Shown in pieces: positions 9,866 through 19,930 of a stretch of DNA of 64,000 nucleotides. Each line of letters begins with the position of its first letter. Position 1 is the stretch's first letter. The stretch is taken from the NCBI GenBank assembly GCA_021738535.1, contig JAIPBU010000001.1, positions 70,220 to 134,219 on the forward strand, read 5' to 3'. The DNA is from Bacteroidales bacterium (GTDB lineage: Bacteria > Bacteroidota > Bacteroidia > Bacteroidales > VadinHA17). The translations under genes and the position numbers were made by a program. The notes beneath the pieces are model-generated. The model did no database searches. It saw nothing but the letters and a program-made list of their open reading frames with translations, and had not been told where the DNA came from.

Positions 9866-10551
9866 TATCTTCTTCGTCTTCTTTTTTTATCATGCCATTC
9901 ATCATAGGCAGGGCAGCTTAGCATATTATGGAACATTTTCCATGTAAATGTCACTCCTGCAAACATATACCAGTCATTATTGTGTGTCCAGCTATGATGA
10001 TCAGGACTAATATTATCAATTAGGCCGTCAAAGTTATCATAAAAAGTTTTACGAAAACCATATTCGAGCTCTAATCCTGTATTTTTATAGATATTTACCT
10101 TTAATCCCACTGAAAAAGGGATAACAGGTGTATATGTAAGTGAAGGTACGCTGGAAAAACATAATCCCCCTCCAATTGCAAAATACGGGGAGTAATCCCA
10201 CCACTTACCTGTTGTAGTGTAAGGCAGGAAGTTAAATTCAAACTGGAATCCCCATTCAACCACTGTGGCTTCAAAAGACTCACCCCTGGCCTGCTGGAAG
10301 CTATTATCAAAATCAAGGTCATTGCCCCTTATCCGGCCGTAATAAAGATTTGTTCTTATAGAATGCCTTGGGTGAAAATTGTAACGGTACATCACTCCCA
10401 TTGATGGCGATACCGAGTAAAATAGCCTTTCAGGGTTAATATCGCCCATATAATAAGAAACTCCACCAAAAACGCCATAGTCAGAATCTCTCTGGGCACT
10501 CAGTGGAATAGTAAATATTAAAAACAAAAAAGCCCAACAGTACCTCTTCAT
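9865..10551 (-). CDS. Outer-membrane beta-barrel protein (DUF6089-like)
   Basis: 228 aa with a signal peptide (IPLSAQ), alternating aromatic/Gly beta-strand patterns and a basic tail (KKRRRRR). Its stop overlaps the uppS ATG by 1 nt. The position matches the conserved Bacteroidota gene order. Confidence 0.65.
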   Translation of the reverse strand: MKRYCWAFLFLIFTIPLSAQRDSDYGVFGGVSYYMGDINPERLFYSVSPSMGVMYRYNFHPRHSIRTNLYYGRIRGNDLDFDNSFQQARGESFEATVVEWGFQFEFNFLPYTTTGKWWDYSPYFAIGGGLCFSSVPSLTYTPVIPFSVGLKVNIYKNTGLELEYGFRKTFYDNFDGLIDNISPDHHSWTHNNDWYMFAGVTFTWKMFHNMLSCPAYDEWHDKKRRRRR

Positions 10552-10570
10552 TAAAAACGCTCCATTTTTA

Positions 10571-11317
10571 TTACTTTCTAAAAGTCGGTAATCCTTTTTC
10601 CGATGTTTTCAGTTTCTGAGTTAAGACAAAAGTCATAAAGTAATAAACGTCATTGGAACTGGAATATTGCGAGGTATAACCATCTATATAATCTGATGTT
10701 GTAAACCTGTAACCAAGGTCTACACCGATAAGTGTATTGGGGCTCAACAGGTAATTAATTCCAATCCCGACAGGTATAGCCAGGGCAACACCTGAATCCT
10801 TTTCAATTCTTTCCTGAAGCAGATCATTAGGATTTACCTTATATGCAGCAGCACCAAATCCTGTGTATACATATGCATCAAGCCTGTTAATAAAAGAATC
10901 AAAAACCCTGTCACCCTTCACAAAGCGATAACTGCTTTCAGCATCGTTCTTAAGGAAATAATATTCTCCTGTAACCATGGGTTCAAACACGGATGTAGCC
11001 GATTCAAACCCCCTGTCGATATTGCTTCCTTTAGCGTCAGAGGCATGAAGATAACCATAGCCAAGGTTTGCTGTTACGGCTACATGCTCCACAATCCTGT
11101 ACCTCAGCCCACCTTTAATGCTAAAACGTGTCTGACTAATCACCAGGTCCTTAAACCCCAGGGCATTACTGCCATTGCTATATCCTCCTATATCCCCGAA
11201 TATATGAGAGGTTCCAAACCCGCCATACAATTCATACCTTCTCAGTTTCCATAACTGGGCACTGGCCAAAGAAGTCAGAAATGCTGATAATAAGAGAAGC
11301 AGGATAACCCGTTTCAT
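10571..11317 (-). CDS. Outer-membrane beta-barrel (porin-family) protein
   Basis: 248 aa with a signal peptide (LASAQ), beta-strand periodicity and an aromatic C-terminal region. Confidence 0.6.
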   Translation of the reverse strand: MKRVILLLLLSAFLTSLASAQLWKLRRYELYGGFGTSHIFGDIGGYSNGSNALGFKDLVISQTRFSIKGGLRYRIVEHVAVTANLGYGYLHASDAKGSNIDRGFESATSVFEPMVTGEYYFLKNDAESSYRFVKGDRVFDSFINRLDAYVYTGFGAAAYKVNPNDLLQERIEKDSGVALAIPVGIGINYLLSPNTLIGVDLGYRFTTSDYIDGYTSQYSSSNDVYYFMTFVLTQKLKTSEKGLPTFRK

Positions 11318-11396
11318 ATCTTTACTTATCTATAGTTCTTATTACAAATATAACAATCCATCAATAACAATCCTAAATATAATAATAAAATGACAA

Positions 11397-12260
11397 TCAA
11401 TTACGTGTATCGGCTCCCCACATAAGCTTATTGCGAAGAGTGCTGAAAAAATCCTGGTCCTTAACATTAATTGTTTTAATGGTATACGGGGTCTGGCTTA
11501 TCTCCAGTTGCCTGAAAAAAGGCATACGCACTGATCTGAAATCGCATGTAACCAGGAATTCGGGACTTCTTCCCTCAACTTCAAGCCTTAGCCTGCTGCT
11601 GCCCGGCAATACTATCGGCCTGACACTAAGCGTATGAGGAGAAAGAGGTGAGATAATTATGCTGTCATCTGCCGGCGACAAAATAGGACCTCCCGTACTC
11701 ATATTATATGCGGTTGACCCGGTGGCCGTTGAAATGATGAGCCCGTCTGACCAGTAGGTATTAAGATACAGGTCGTCTACAAATACCTTAACCCTTACCA
11801 TATTCAGATCAGCCTTCTGGATTGTAATGTCATTAAGAGCTACGTTTGATCTGCCCATTGCTCCGAAGGGTTTAACCAGCTCTATCAGGTGACGGTTAAT
11901 GATAGTGTATTCCCGTTTTATTATTTTCTCCAGTGAACCTTCTATATCATCATGTATATTTGCCAGGAAACCCATTCTGCCTGCATTGACACCGGCAATA
12001 GGAACGCCTGAATCCCTTACCTGCAATACACTTTCAAGAAAAGTACCGTCACCACCAACACTAAGGACAAGGTCAGGTCTGATGCCTTCAGCATACAGGT
12101 TACAGAATCCCTTATACTTTTTAATGTTCAGGTACTTAACCAGGTTCTCATGCAATAATATCTCCAGCTTATGTGATTCAAGCACTGAGAACAGGTCATT
12201 CAGACAGTTTGTTGTGTTCCTGCCGTTATCTGAACCAAATATGGCAATTCTTTTCAGCAT
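11397..12260 (-). CDS. nadK: NAD kinase
   Basis: 287 aa with the GGDGT motif, NDITI and TGSTAYNMS. Confidence 0.92.
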   Translation of the reverse strand: MLKRIAIFGSDNGRNTTNCLNDLFSVLESHKLEILLHENLVKYLNIKKYKGFCNLYAEGIRPDLVLSVGGDGTFLESVLQVRDSGVPIAGVNAGRMGFLANIHDDIEGSLEKIIKREYTIINRHLIELVKPFGAMGRSNVALNDITIQKADLNMVRVKVFVDDLYLNTYWSDGLIISTATGSTAYNMSTGGPILSPADDSIIISPLSPHTLSVRPIVLPGSSRLRLEVEGRSPEFLVTCDFRSVRMPFFRQLEISQTPYTIKTINVKDQDFFSTLRNKLMWGADTRN

Positions 12261-12270
12261 AGCTAGCTAG

Positions 12271-12936
12271 TTATATATTAAGATAACGCATAAATGAATC
12301 GAAGCGATCAGAGTAAAAACTATCCATATCATCATCATGACCGTGCCAGGCCATTACTTCGTACTCATAACGTTCAAAAGTTCTTATTACCGGCATGAGA
12401 TTAGTTATATTAAGCTTTATTGTAACCTCCATCCTCGTAGAGTCAGGCGGTGAGGATATATAAAGGTTTAATATGCGTGCGTCATTACTCTCAATGATCT
12501 GGGCTATTTGGGAGAGAGAATAATCATTCTGCAGTATACTCAGAACAATGAGGCCTCCCGGCTCGGCAAGTGACGACATACCTGCAAGCTGCTGCAGTAA
12601 TTCGCCTGTGAGAATAACTCCCTTATAATGATCATGATCATCCAGCACCGGAACCAGGCTTATTTTCAAACTGGCTGCAAGGCTTATAACATCAAAAATA
12701 TGCTGGTCCATCCTGACAAATGGTTTGATAAGAGACAACTTGTGATTACCAATGGGCTGAACAGGGTCATTAAGGTCATAAATATCTGTGTCAGAAATAA
12801 GCCCCAGAAAATCGTGATTATTTACAATGGGAAGGTGGGAAATACGAAACACATCCATCCAGTTCAGGGCCGTCTGACCGGAATCAGAAGTTTTTAATGC
12901 CGACACTACATCTGATATCAATTCTTTAGCTAACAC
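12271..12936 (-). CDS. CBS domain-containing protein
   Basis: 221 aa with a CBS pair. It has a GTG start at 12936 and no upstream in-frame ATG. It sits between nadK and pdxJ, as in other Bacteroidota. Confidence 0.75.
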   Translation of the reverse strand: MLAKELISDVVSALKTSDSGQTALNWMDVFRISHLPIVNNHDFLGLISDTDIYDLNDPVQPIGNHKLSLIKPFVRMDQHIFDVISLAASLKISLVPVLDDHDHYKGVILTGELLQQLAGMSSLAEPGGLIVLSILQNDYSLSQIAQIIESNDARILNLYISSPPDSTRMEVTIKLNITNLMPVIRTFERYEYEVMAWHGHDDDMDSFYSDRFDSFMRYLNI

Positions 12937-13051
12937 GTCAATAATTAGTCTTTATTTGTTGTTTATAAATTCACATCTAAATTAAGGAAAAAAATACTTA
13001 TTGTTGTTTAATTCGTTACTTATGTGAAAATTTGCATAAACATATAAAAAT

Positions 13052-13771
13052 ATGACCCGCTTAAGTGTTAATATCAATAAAATTGCAACAATAAGAAACG
13101 CACGAGGAGGAAATATCCCCGACGTTCACAAAGCAGCCATTGAATGTGAAAGATATGGAGCTGAAGGCATTACCGTTCACCCACGGCCTGATGAAAGACA
13201 TATACGTTACAGTGATGTAAGACAGATAAGGCCTGACATTACTACCGAATTCAATATTGAAGGGTACCCGTCACAAAAATTTATTGACCTGGTTTGCGAA
13301 GTAGTCCCTCACCAGGTGACACTGGTTCCTGACCCCCCGGATGCGATTACTTCAAATGCCGGCTGGGATACCATAAAAAATCATGATTTCCTGAGGGAAG
13401 TAATTTCTGAATTCAAATCGCACAACATCCGAACCTCCATATTTATTGACACCGATATAAACAAGGTGCGTGCTGCAGTTGAAACAGGTTGTGATCGACT
13501 GGAACTATATACAGAACCTTTTGCCAGCAACTATTCTTCAGGTCCTGAAAAAGCAGTTGCCCCTTTTGTAAGGGCAGCAGAAGAAGCCAGGGACCTGGGG
13601 CTTGACCTGAATGCAGGGCATGATCTCAGCCTGGAGAACCTTAAGTTTTTTTCTGAGAGTATACCATGGGTAAAGGAAGTTTCAATTGGTCATGCCCTGA
13701 TCTCTGATGCGCTTTATTACGGATTGCAAAACACTATAGGGATGTACAAGCGTCAGCTAGCAGGGAAATAA
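13052..13771 (+). CDS. pdxJ: Pyridoxine 5'-phosphate synthase
   Basis: 239 aa with [25 protein letters not shown] and NAGHDL. Confidence 0.95.
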   Translation: MTRLSVNINKIATIRNARGGNIPDVHKAAIECERYGAEGITVHPRPDERHIRYSDVRQIRPDITTEFNIEGYPSQKFIDLVCEVVPHQVTLVPDPPDAITSNAGWDTIKNHDFLREVISEFKSHNIRTSIFIDTDINKVRAAVETGCDRLELYTEPFASNYSSGPEKAVAPFVRAAEEARDLGLDLNAGHDLSLENLKFFSESIPWVKEVSIGHALISDALYYGLQNTIGMYKRQLAGK

Positions 13772-13783
13772 AAGCCAAACATC

Positions 13784-14590
13784 ATGAATCTTTTTCACAG
13801 GGAATATGGCAGCGGCTACCCAATTGTTATATTACATGGTCTCTACGGATCTTCTGATAACTGGATGTCCACAGCGGGTAAGCTGTCAGACAGCTACAGG
13901 GTCATCCTCCCTGATCAGCGCAATCATGGCCGTTCTGCACACAACGAGCTCCATACTTACGAGGCAATGAGCAACGACCTGTACGAGTTACTGGACAGGC
14001 TTGGTGTAAAGAAATTTATTCTCGCAGGTCACAGCATGGGTGGTAAAACAGCTTCCTTCTTCGCAAAAAAATGGCCGGGAATGCTCAGTGGACTGGTAGT
14101 TATTGACATAAAACCCTTTGCTTACAGCCCGGGACAGGGTGGCGCCGGAGAAATGCACCGGGCTATACTGGAGAAAATGGCTGGTACTGATCCCTCGTTA
14201 ATAAAAGACAGGGATGAAGCCCACAGTATTTTCAATGATATTGTATCCTCAACAAAGGTCCGCAACTTTCTGCTGAAGAACCTTCACAGGAACAAAAGAG
14301 GAGGGTTCGAGTGGAGACTTAACCCCGAAAACCTTTTGAATAACCTGGACAATATTTTTGACGGGCTTGAACTGCCGGCAAGCGGTGACCATAAAGATAT
14401 AATAAGCGGGTTCCCGGTAAGCTTCCTCAGGGCAATGAATTCAGATTATATCAGTGATGATGACTATGAAGATATACAAGCCCTCTTCCCTGCAGCGGAA
14501 ATAATAGAAATTCCGGATTCCAGCCACTGGGTTCATGCAGAGAAACCGGGACTGATTCCATCAATGATAAGGGAAAATTTTCCTGTTTAA
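13784..14590 (+). CDS. Alpha/beta-fold hydrolase
   Basis: 268 aa with HGLYGS and the GHSMGG nucleophile elbow. Confidence 0.85.
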   Translation: MNLFHREYGSGYPIVILHGLYGSSDNWMSTAGKLSDSYRVILPDQRNHGRSAHNELHTYEAMSNDLYELLDRLGVKKFILAGHSMGGKTASFFAKKWPGMLSGLVVIDIKPFAYSPGQGGAGEMHRAILEKMAGTDPSLIKDRDEAHSIFNDIVSSTKVRNFLLKNLHRNKRGGFEWRLNPENLLNNLDNIFDGLELPASGDHKDIISGFPVSFLRAMNSDYISDDDYEDIQALFPAAEIIEIPDSSHWVHAEKPGLIPSMIRENFPV

Positions 14591-15324
14591 TCCTCAAACC
14601 TGCTTACCGATTCAATCCCGGATGGGTCTATCAGTTTATCATTCCTGAATCTCAGGAATACCTGGGTGAGAGCAACAACATCCTTTTCACAATACCTGGC
14701 TATCCTGGCAATATCATTCTCCCTGTAATAAACATCTGCCACCATGGAGCCATCTATATCATCTTTTGGTGTTGGGACATCCAGGAGTGAGGCTATCAGC
14801 TCAAGAGACGTAAAATGCTTGTAATCGCCGAACTTCCATAACTCCATTGTATCCAGGAGATTAATCTCCCATGGTTTCCTGCCGGCATTATCGAGTACCG
14901 CAGGAATGGTTATCCCCTTAATGAGCATGCGGCGGGCAATGAAGGGATAATCAAACTCCTTGCCGTTATGTGCACATAACATAGTGTCCCTCCCGGTACT
15001 GAAGTTATTGATCATTACTGCAAAATCTTCCAGGAGGGCTTTCTCATCGTGGCCATAAAAAGATTTAATCCGCAGTGACATCCCATTCTCCCTTTCAATA
15101 ATAAACCCAACCGAGATACACACTATCTTTCCAAATTCCGAATAAATACCTGCCCTGGAAAAAACATCAGCTGCACTTTCATCATCTGACCTGAAATATG
15201 ATGATTTCTTATCCCAGAGAGGCCTGAGGTTTTCCGGCATTTCATCATAGGAAGCAACCATTGGTACAGTCTCAATATCCAGGAATAATATTCTTGATGG
15301 CTTAATATCTTTTAATAGTTTCAT
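14587..15324 (-). CDS. 3'-5' exonuclease (RNase H-like, PolB-exonuclease-type) domain protein
   Basis: 245 aa. It has LFLDIETVP (Exo I-like DxE) and HNGKEFDYPF motifs. Confidence 0.7.
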   Translation of the reverse strand: MKLLKDIKPSRILFLDIETVPMVASYDEMPENLRPLWDKKSSYFRSDDESAADVFSRAGIYSEFGKIVCISVGFIIERENGMSLRIKSFYGHDEKALLEDFAVMINNFSTGRDTMLCAHNGKEFDYPFIARRMLIKGITIPAVLDNAGRKPWEINLLDTMELWKFGDYKHFTSLELIASLLDVPTPKDDIDGSMVADVYYRENDIARIARYCEKDVVALTQVFLRFRNDKLIDPSGIESVSRFED

Positions 15325-15362
15325 AAACCGCTACTTAATAAATGTTTGAAAGTCAGACTAAG

Positions 15363-15977
15363 TTAATAAAATTTCAGGTGTTTCTCTACCGAGGACACAA
15401 GCATATCAATGGCAACCTCATTTCTTCCTCCGCGGGGTATAATTATATCAGCATATCTTTTTGTGGGCTCAATAAACTGAAGATGCGATGGCTTAACTGT
15501 ATCATAATACCTTGATAATACCTCACCAATATCTCTTCCCCTTTCCTCAAGGTCTCTCTGTATAACCCGGGAAAGCCGGTCATCAGGATCCGCATCAACA
15601 TAGGCTTTAATATGCATCCTGTTTCTCAGCTCTTCATTGCTCAGTATAAGTATCCCCTCAATTATAATAACCCTTGCAGGCTTAACCTTTATATACTCAT
15701 CATCCCTGGTACAGGTAATATAAGAATATTGAGGCATTTGAACACTTTCACCCCTGCACAGGGCATCCAGGTGATCATTAAGCAGTGAAAATTCAAGTGA
15801 GCGGGGGTGATCAAAGTTTATCTTCTGTCTCTCCTCCAGTGGTAAATGACTGTTATCACGATAGTAAGAGTCCTGGGGTATCATTATTATCTGTTCATTA
15901 CCAAGCATTTCCATAACCCTTCTTGTAACCGTTGTCTTGCCCGAACCGGTTCCGCCTGCAATTCCTATAATCAACAT
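15363..15977 (-). CDS. udk: Uridine kinase
   Basis: 204 aa with the P-loop GIAGGTGSGKTT and NFDHP. Confidence 0.93.
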   Translation of the reverse strand: MLIIGIAGGTGSGKTTVTRRVMEMLGNEQIIMIPQDSYYRDNSHLPLEERQKINFDHPRSLEFSLLNDHLDALCRGESVQMPQYSYITCTRDDEYIKVKPARVIIIEGILILSNEELRNRMHIKAYVDADPDDRLSRVIQRDLEERGRDIGEVLSRYYDTVKPSHLQFIEPTKRYADIIIPRGGRNEVAIDMLVSSVEKHLKFY

Positions 15978-16052
15978 ATTTTATTAATTTTGCTTGAATT
16001 ATATCAATCAAAAATACTAATTTCTCTTAATGGAAAAACAGTTTCACCTGAT

Positions 16053-17078
16053 ATGACAAATTTATACCCATTGAAATTTGAACCTGTACTAAAAGAAAGA
16101 GTATGGGGAGGACAAAAACTCCGGGATAATTATGGAAAGAATATCCCTGGTGATAAAAAGATAGGCGAGAGCTGGGAAATATCAGGCATACAGGGTGATA
16201 TATCTGTGATTTCAAACGGCTTCCTGGCGGGGAATAACCTTGAGGAGATAGTTGAGGTCTATATGGGAGACCTTGTTGGTGAAGAAATCTTTCAACAATT
16301 TGGTATTGAATTCCCGCTACTGATAAAACTGATTGATGCCGGTGATGATCTTTCCATACAGGTTCATCCTAACGACGAACTTGCAAAAAAGAGACATCAT
16401 GCCTACGGTAAAACTGAAATGTGGTATGTCCTGGAAGCTGAAAAAGACTCTAAAATATATACAGGTTTCAACAGGGAAATGGACAGCAAATCCTATCTTA
16501 AATCACTGGAAGCAGGAAACATACATGAAAACCTGAATACAGAAGAGGCCGCCCCGGGGGATGTATTCTACATACCTCCGGGCAGGATACATGCCATTGG
16601 TAAGGGTATTGTACTGGCAGAGATCCAGCAAACTTCAGATATTACGTACAGGATATGGGACTGGGGGAGGAAAGGACTTGACGATAAGCCCAGGGAGCTC
16701 CATACCGAATTATCTGTGGATGCCATTGACTACAAGTTATATAATAATTACAAGACATCTGCTGAGCCGGTACTGAACAGCAGCTCTAACATAATGAAAT
16801 CCAAATATTTTACATGTAACATTATAGAGCTGGACAAAGCTATTTCCATTGATTATTCCCTGAATGACAGTATGGTAATATACATTTGCACCGAAGGTTC
16901 AGCACAACTTAAATGGGAAGATGGAGAAACATTGCTTAAAAAAGGAGAAACAATACTGGTGCCTGCCATAATGGAAAAATTTGATATTGTACCCGCTAAT
17001 ATGGCCAGGCTGCTGGAAGTTTATCTGCCTGCAAACAAAACAAATGAAAAATCAAAAACATTTATAAATGAGAATTAA
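16053..17078 (+). CDS. manA: Class I mannose-6-phosphate isomerase
   Basis: The start is set at the ATG at 16053 (MTNLYPLKFEPVLKERVWGG). It has a cupin core with QVHPN and ETEMWYVL. The track ORF from 15846 overlaps udk on the opposite strand. Confidence 0.85.
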   Translation: MTNLYPLKFEPVLKERVWGGQKLRDNYGKNIPGDKKIGESWEISGIQGDISVISNGFLAGNNLEEIVEVYMGDLVGEEIFQQFGIEFPLLIKLIDAGDDLSIQVHPNDELAKKRHHAYGKTEMWYVLEAEKDSKIYTGFNREMDSKSYLKSLEAGNIHENLNTEEAAPGDVFYIPPGRIHAIGKGIVLAEIQQTSDITYRIWDWGRKGLDDKPRELHTELSVDAIDYKLYNNYKTSAEPVLNSSSNIMKSKYFTCNIIELDKAISIDYSLNDSMVIYICTEGSAQLKWEDGETLLKKGETILVPAIMEKFDIVPANMARLLEVYLPANKTNEKSKTFINEN

Positions 17079-17805
17079 TGTAACATACCTGCTTCTTTTT
17101 TCACTGCTCATCTCTTCCTGCATTGACAAAGAAGGTGGAGAAACCACCGGTAGTAAAAAAAATAACAAAAAAGAGAAGGCTGAGGTAAAAAAATATTATA
17201 ATGAAGGCAAACTGGTAAAGGAAGTTACATTCAAAGATGGCATCAGAAATGGTATATGCCGTAATTATTACAGTGACGGGAAGCTAAAAAGGACAATATG
17301 GTATAAAAACGGACGAAAAGAAGATACTGCCAAATGGTTCTACCGCGAAGGAATGGTTTATCGAGCCACCCCGTACAGCAGTAATGAAATACATGGAGTA
17401 CAGACAAAGTACTACAAAAATGGACGCGTCCAGGCAACCCTGCCCTATAAAAACGGGTTGAGGATGCAGGGCCTCAGGGAGTACCTTCCGGATGGCCGCG
17501 ACGAAGGTGGATATCCTGATATTGACTATATGATTAAAGACGCAAGCAATGAGGATCCGCCTGTGGTTAAAATAATAACCAGGCTTACTAACGAGTCGGT
17601 AAATGTAAAATTTTTCAGGGGAAGCCTGGTTGACGGAGTTTTTGACCCGGCTAAATGCACGGATATAACAACTTCGTCCGGCATGGGCTACCTGGAACTT
17701 TCAGCGGATAACACCAGGGACAGATCACATGTAAACATTATTGCCATTTATGCCACACGTTTCAGGAACAGGAAAATAATAACAAAGCGTATACCGCTGC
17801 CATAA
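17068..17805 (+). CDS. MORN-variant (YwqK-type) repeat lipoprotein
   Basis: 245 aa with a lipoprotein signal (LLISSC). It carries repeated Y-x-x-G-K-L / W-Y-K-N-G units. Confidence 0.65.
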   Translation: MRINVTYLLLFSLLISSCIDKEGGETTGSKKNNKKEKAEVKKYYNEGKLVKEVTFKDGIRNGICRNYYSDGKLKRTIWYKNGRKEDTAKWFYREGMVYRATPYSSNEIHGVQTKYYKNGRVQATLPYKNGLRMQGLREYLPDGRDEGGYPDIDYMIKDASNEDPPVVKIITRLTNESVNVKFFRGSLVDGVFDPAKCTDITTSSGMGYLELSADNTRDRSHVNIIAIYATRFRNRKIITKRIPLP

Positions 17806-17817
17806 ATAATACTACTG

Positions 17818-18201
17818 ATGACTACCAATATACCGGAAGGAATAACTCATACAGGAACCACGAGGGTTAAGGTTAATGATACTGCCCGTGTACATGGCTC
17901 AGGACTTCTTGATGTTTACTCAACACCTGCAATGGTGGCATTTATGGAAAAGACCTCAATGGACCTTGTCAGCGACTATCTGGAAGAAGGGTACGGAAGC
18001 GTAGGTATTTCTATTAATATTAAGCACACGAAAGCAGTCAGTACCGGTGAAGAAGTAAGTTGCAAAAGCAAACTGGTTGAACAGGACGGGAATAAACTGT
18101 TATTCAGAATTGAAGTTTTTCACGGAGATGATATCACAGGCAGCGGAACACATGAGAGATACATAATTAACGAGGAACGTTTCCTTTCAAAACTGAAATA
18201 A
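17818..18201 (+). CDS. Hotdog-fold thioesterase family protein
   Basis: 127 aa with the pattern GSGLLDVYSTPAMVAFME...GTHERYII, typical of small FlK/YbgC-like hotdog proteins. Confidence 0.65.
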   Translation: MTTNIPEGITHTGTTRVKVNDTARVHGSGLLDVYSTPAMVAFMEKTSMDLVSDYLEEGYGSVGISINIKHTKAVSTGEEVSCKSKLVEQDGNKLLFRIEVFHGDDITGSGTHERYIINEERFLSKLK

Positions 18202-18205
18202 AGAG

Positions 18206-18802
18206 ATGATCATACGCTCCGCGTCATTTATAAAAAGCAGTACTGCAATAAAAGACTGTCCACCCGCCAATAAACCCGAATACGCATTTATAGGCAGATC
18301 AAATGTTGGCAAGTCAACACTGATCAATACACTGTGCAACAGGAACAAGCTGGCCAAAATATCAGCCAGCCCGGGCAAAACACAAACCATCAATCATTTT
18401 ATAATTAATGACAACTGGTACCTGGCTGATCTGCCGGGCTATGGATATGCAAAAGTATCACGCTCCAACAGACGTCAATGGTCCGGATTTACAGACGAAT
18501 ATATTCTTAAAAGGTCCAATCTTATATCACTTTTTGTCCTGATCGATTCAAGGCATGAGCCATTCAGCGCAGATTACGCATTTATGAAGCACCTCGGCAA
18601 TAATGACATTCCCTTCGCCAGGGTATTCACCAAGTCGGATAAAATAAGCAATGCAATGCTGAGCAAAAATTTATCATTACATGAAAAGCATATGCTAAAA
18701 GACTGGGAGAGCCTGCCTCCTGCCTTTGTGAGTTCATCAGTGACAAAGAAAGGCCGCGATGAAATACTGGAATATATTGAAGAAACATTAACTTTTTTTT
18801 AA
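18206..18802 (+). CDS. engB: Ribosome biogenesis GTP-binding protein YsxC/EngB
   Basis: 198 aa with G1 GRSNVGKSTLIN, DLPGYGYA and TKSDK. Confidence 0.92.
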   Translation: MIIRSASFIKSSTAIKDCPPANKPEYAFIGRSNVGKSTLINTLCNRNKLAKISASPGKTQTINHFIINDNWYLADLPGYGYAKVSRSNRRQWSGFTDEYILKRSNLISLFVLIDSRHEPFSADYAFMKHLGNNDIPFARVFTKSDKISNAMLSKNLSLHEKHMLKDWESLPPAFVSSSVTKKGRDEILEYIEETLTFF

Positions 18803-18881
18803 AAAGCAATCATTAGGTTACAGTGAATTTTGTAGTTTTGCAGATATCAAAACCTGTTTTATTAACCCGAAATCCTGAGAT

Positions 18882-19820
18882 ATGAACGGAAAATCCCCAT
18901 TGAAGGTCTTCTCTTGCCGCTCATCGCGTTATATTGCCGAAGATATAGCCAAATACCTTGGAGTAAGACTTGGAGAAAGCAGCGTTACCGAATTCAGTGA
19001 CGGAGAATTTCAACCCCGCATTGATGAATCTGTAAGAGGATGCACTGTATTTATTATACAATCAACTTTCCCTCCGGCTGAAAACCTCATGGAGCTCTTA
19101 CTCATGATAGATGCCGCAAAGCGGGCCTCGGCATATAAGGTAATAGCGGTTATCCCATATTTCGGACTTGCCCGGCAGGACAGGAAAGACAGGCCAAGGG
19201 TATCAATAGCTGCCAAAGTGGTGGCCGACCTGCTTGAAGCTGTAGGTGTTGACCGAGTTATGACCCTTGACCTTCACGCTGACCAGATCCAGGGTTTTTT
19301 CAGTGTACCTGTCGATCACCTTTATGCTTCATTTCTCTTTGCCAACTACATAAAGGAAATGAGCCTTGATAATATTACTATCTCGGCACCCGATATGGGA
19401 GGTTCTAAAAGGGCCAATGCCTATTCCAGGCATCTTAAATCTGAAATGGTACTTAGCTACAAGCTAAGAAAAAAACCTAATGTTGTTGAGGAAATATCTA
19501 TCATCGGGGAGGTTAAAGACAGGAACGTCCTGATCATTGATGATATGGTAGATACTGCAGGTACGCTGACACTGGCCTCACAGATCATAATGGATAACGG
19601 TGCAAAGAGCGTTAACGCTTTTGCAACTCACCCGGTTCTGTCAGGCCCGGCATATGAAAGAATAGAAGATTCGCCAATAAAGAAACTCGTTGTTACCGAT
19701 TCAATCCCTATTAAGAGGCAATCCCCTAAAATTGAAGTGCTTTCAATAGCCAAGCTCTTTGCCGAAACTATCGACGCCGTATACCATAATGAGTCAATAA
19801 GTACCGGCTTTGTTTTTTAG
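18882..19820 (+). CDS. prs: Ribose-phosphate pyrophosphokinase
   Basis: 312 aa with ARQDRK and the PRPP-binding loop DDMVDTAGT. Confidence 0.95.
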   Translation: MNGKSPLKVFSCRSSRYIAEDIAKYLGVRLGESSVTEFSDGEFQPRIDESVRGCTVFIIQSTFPPAENLMELLLMIDAAKRASAYKVIAVIPYFGLARQDRKDRPRVSIAAKVVADLLEAVGVDRVMTLDLHADQIQGFFSVPVDHLYASFLFANYIKEMSLDNITISAPDMGGSKRANAYSRHLKSEMVLSYKLRKKPNVVEEISIIGEVKDRNVLIIDDMVDTAGTLTLASQIIMDNGAKSVNAFATHPVLSGPAYERIEDSPIKKLVVTDSIPIKRQSPKIEVLSIAKLFAETIDAVYHNESISTGFVF

Positions 19821-19840
19821 TTGTAATTGTTCTATATTTG
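19809..19840 (+). promoter_or_regulatory. Bacteroidota-type promoter for rplY
   Basis: TTTG (19809-19812), 20 nt, then TATATTTG (19833-19840). This matches the TTTG-N19-21-TAnnTTTG consensus and predicts a 5' UTR of about 85 nt. Confidence 0.6.
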
Positions 19841-19930
19841 CAGGCCGATTTTTATCAATTAATTATTGTCAAACGTGTGATGGGAGATCATATGGTAAAT
19901 GATCTTGAGTAGCACAACAAAAGGAGACAA

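Noticed and set aside
15846-16052. 69-codon N-terminal extension of the manA ORF
   Set aside because: It overlaps udk on the opposite strand. The conserved PMI N-terminus (MTNLYPLKFEP) starts at 16053.
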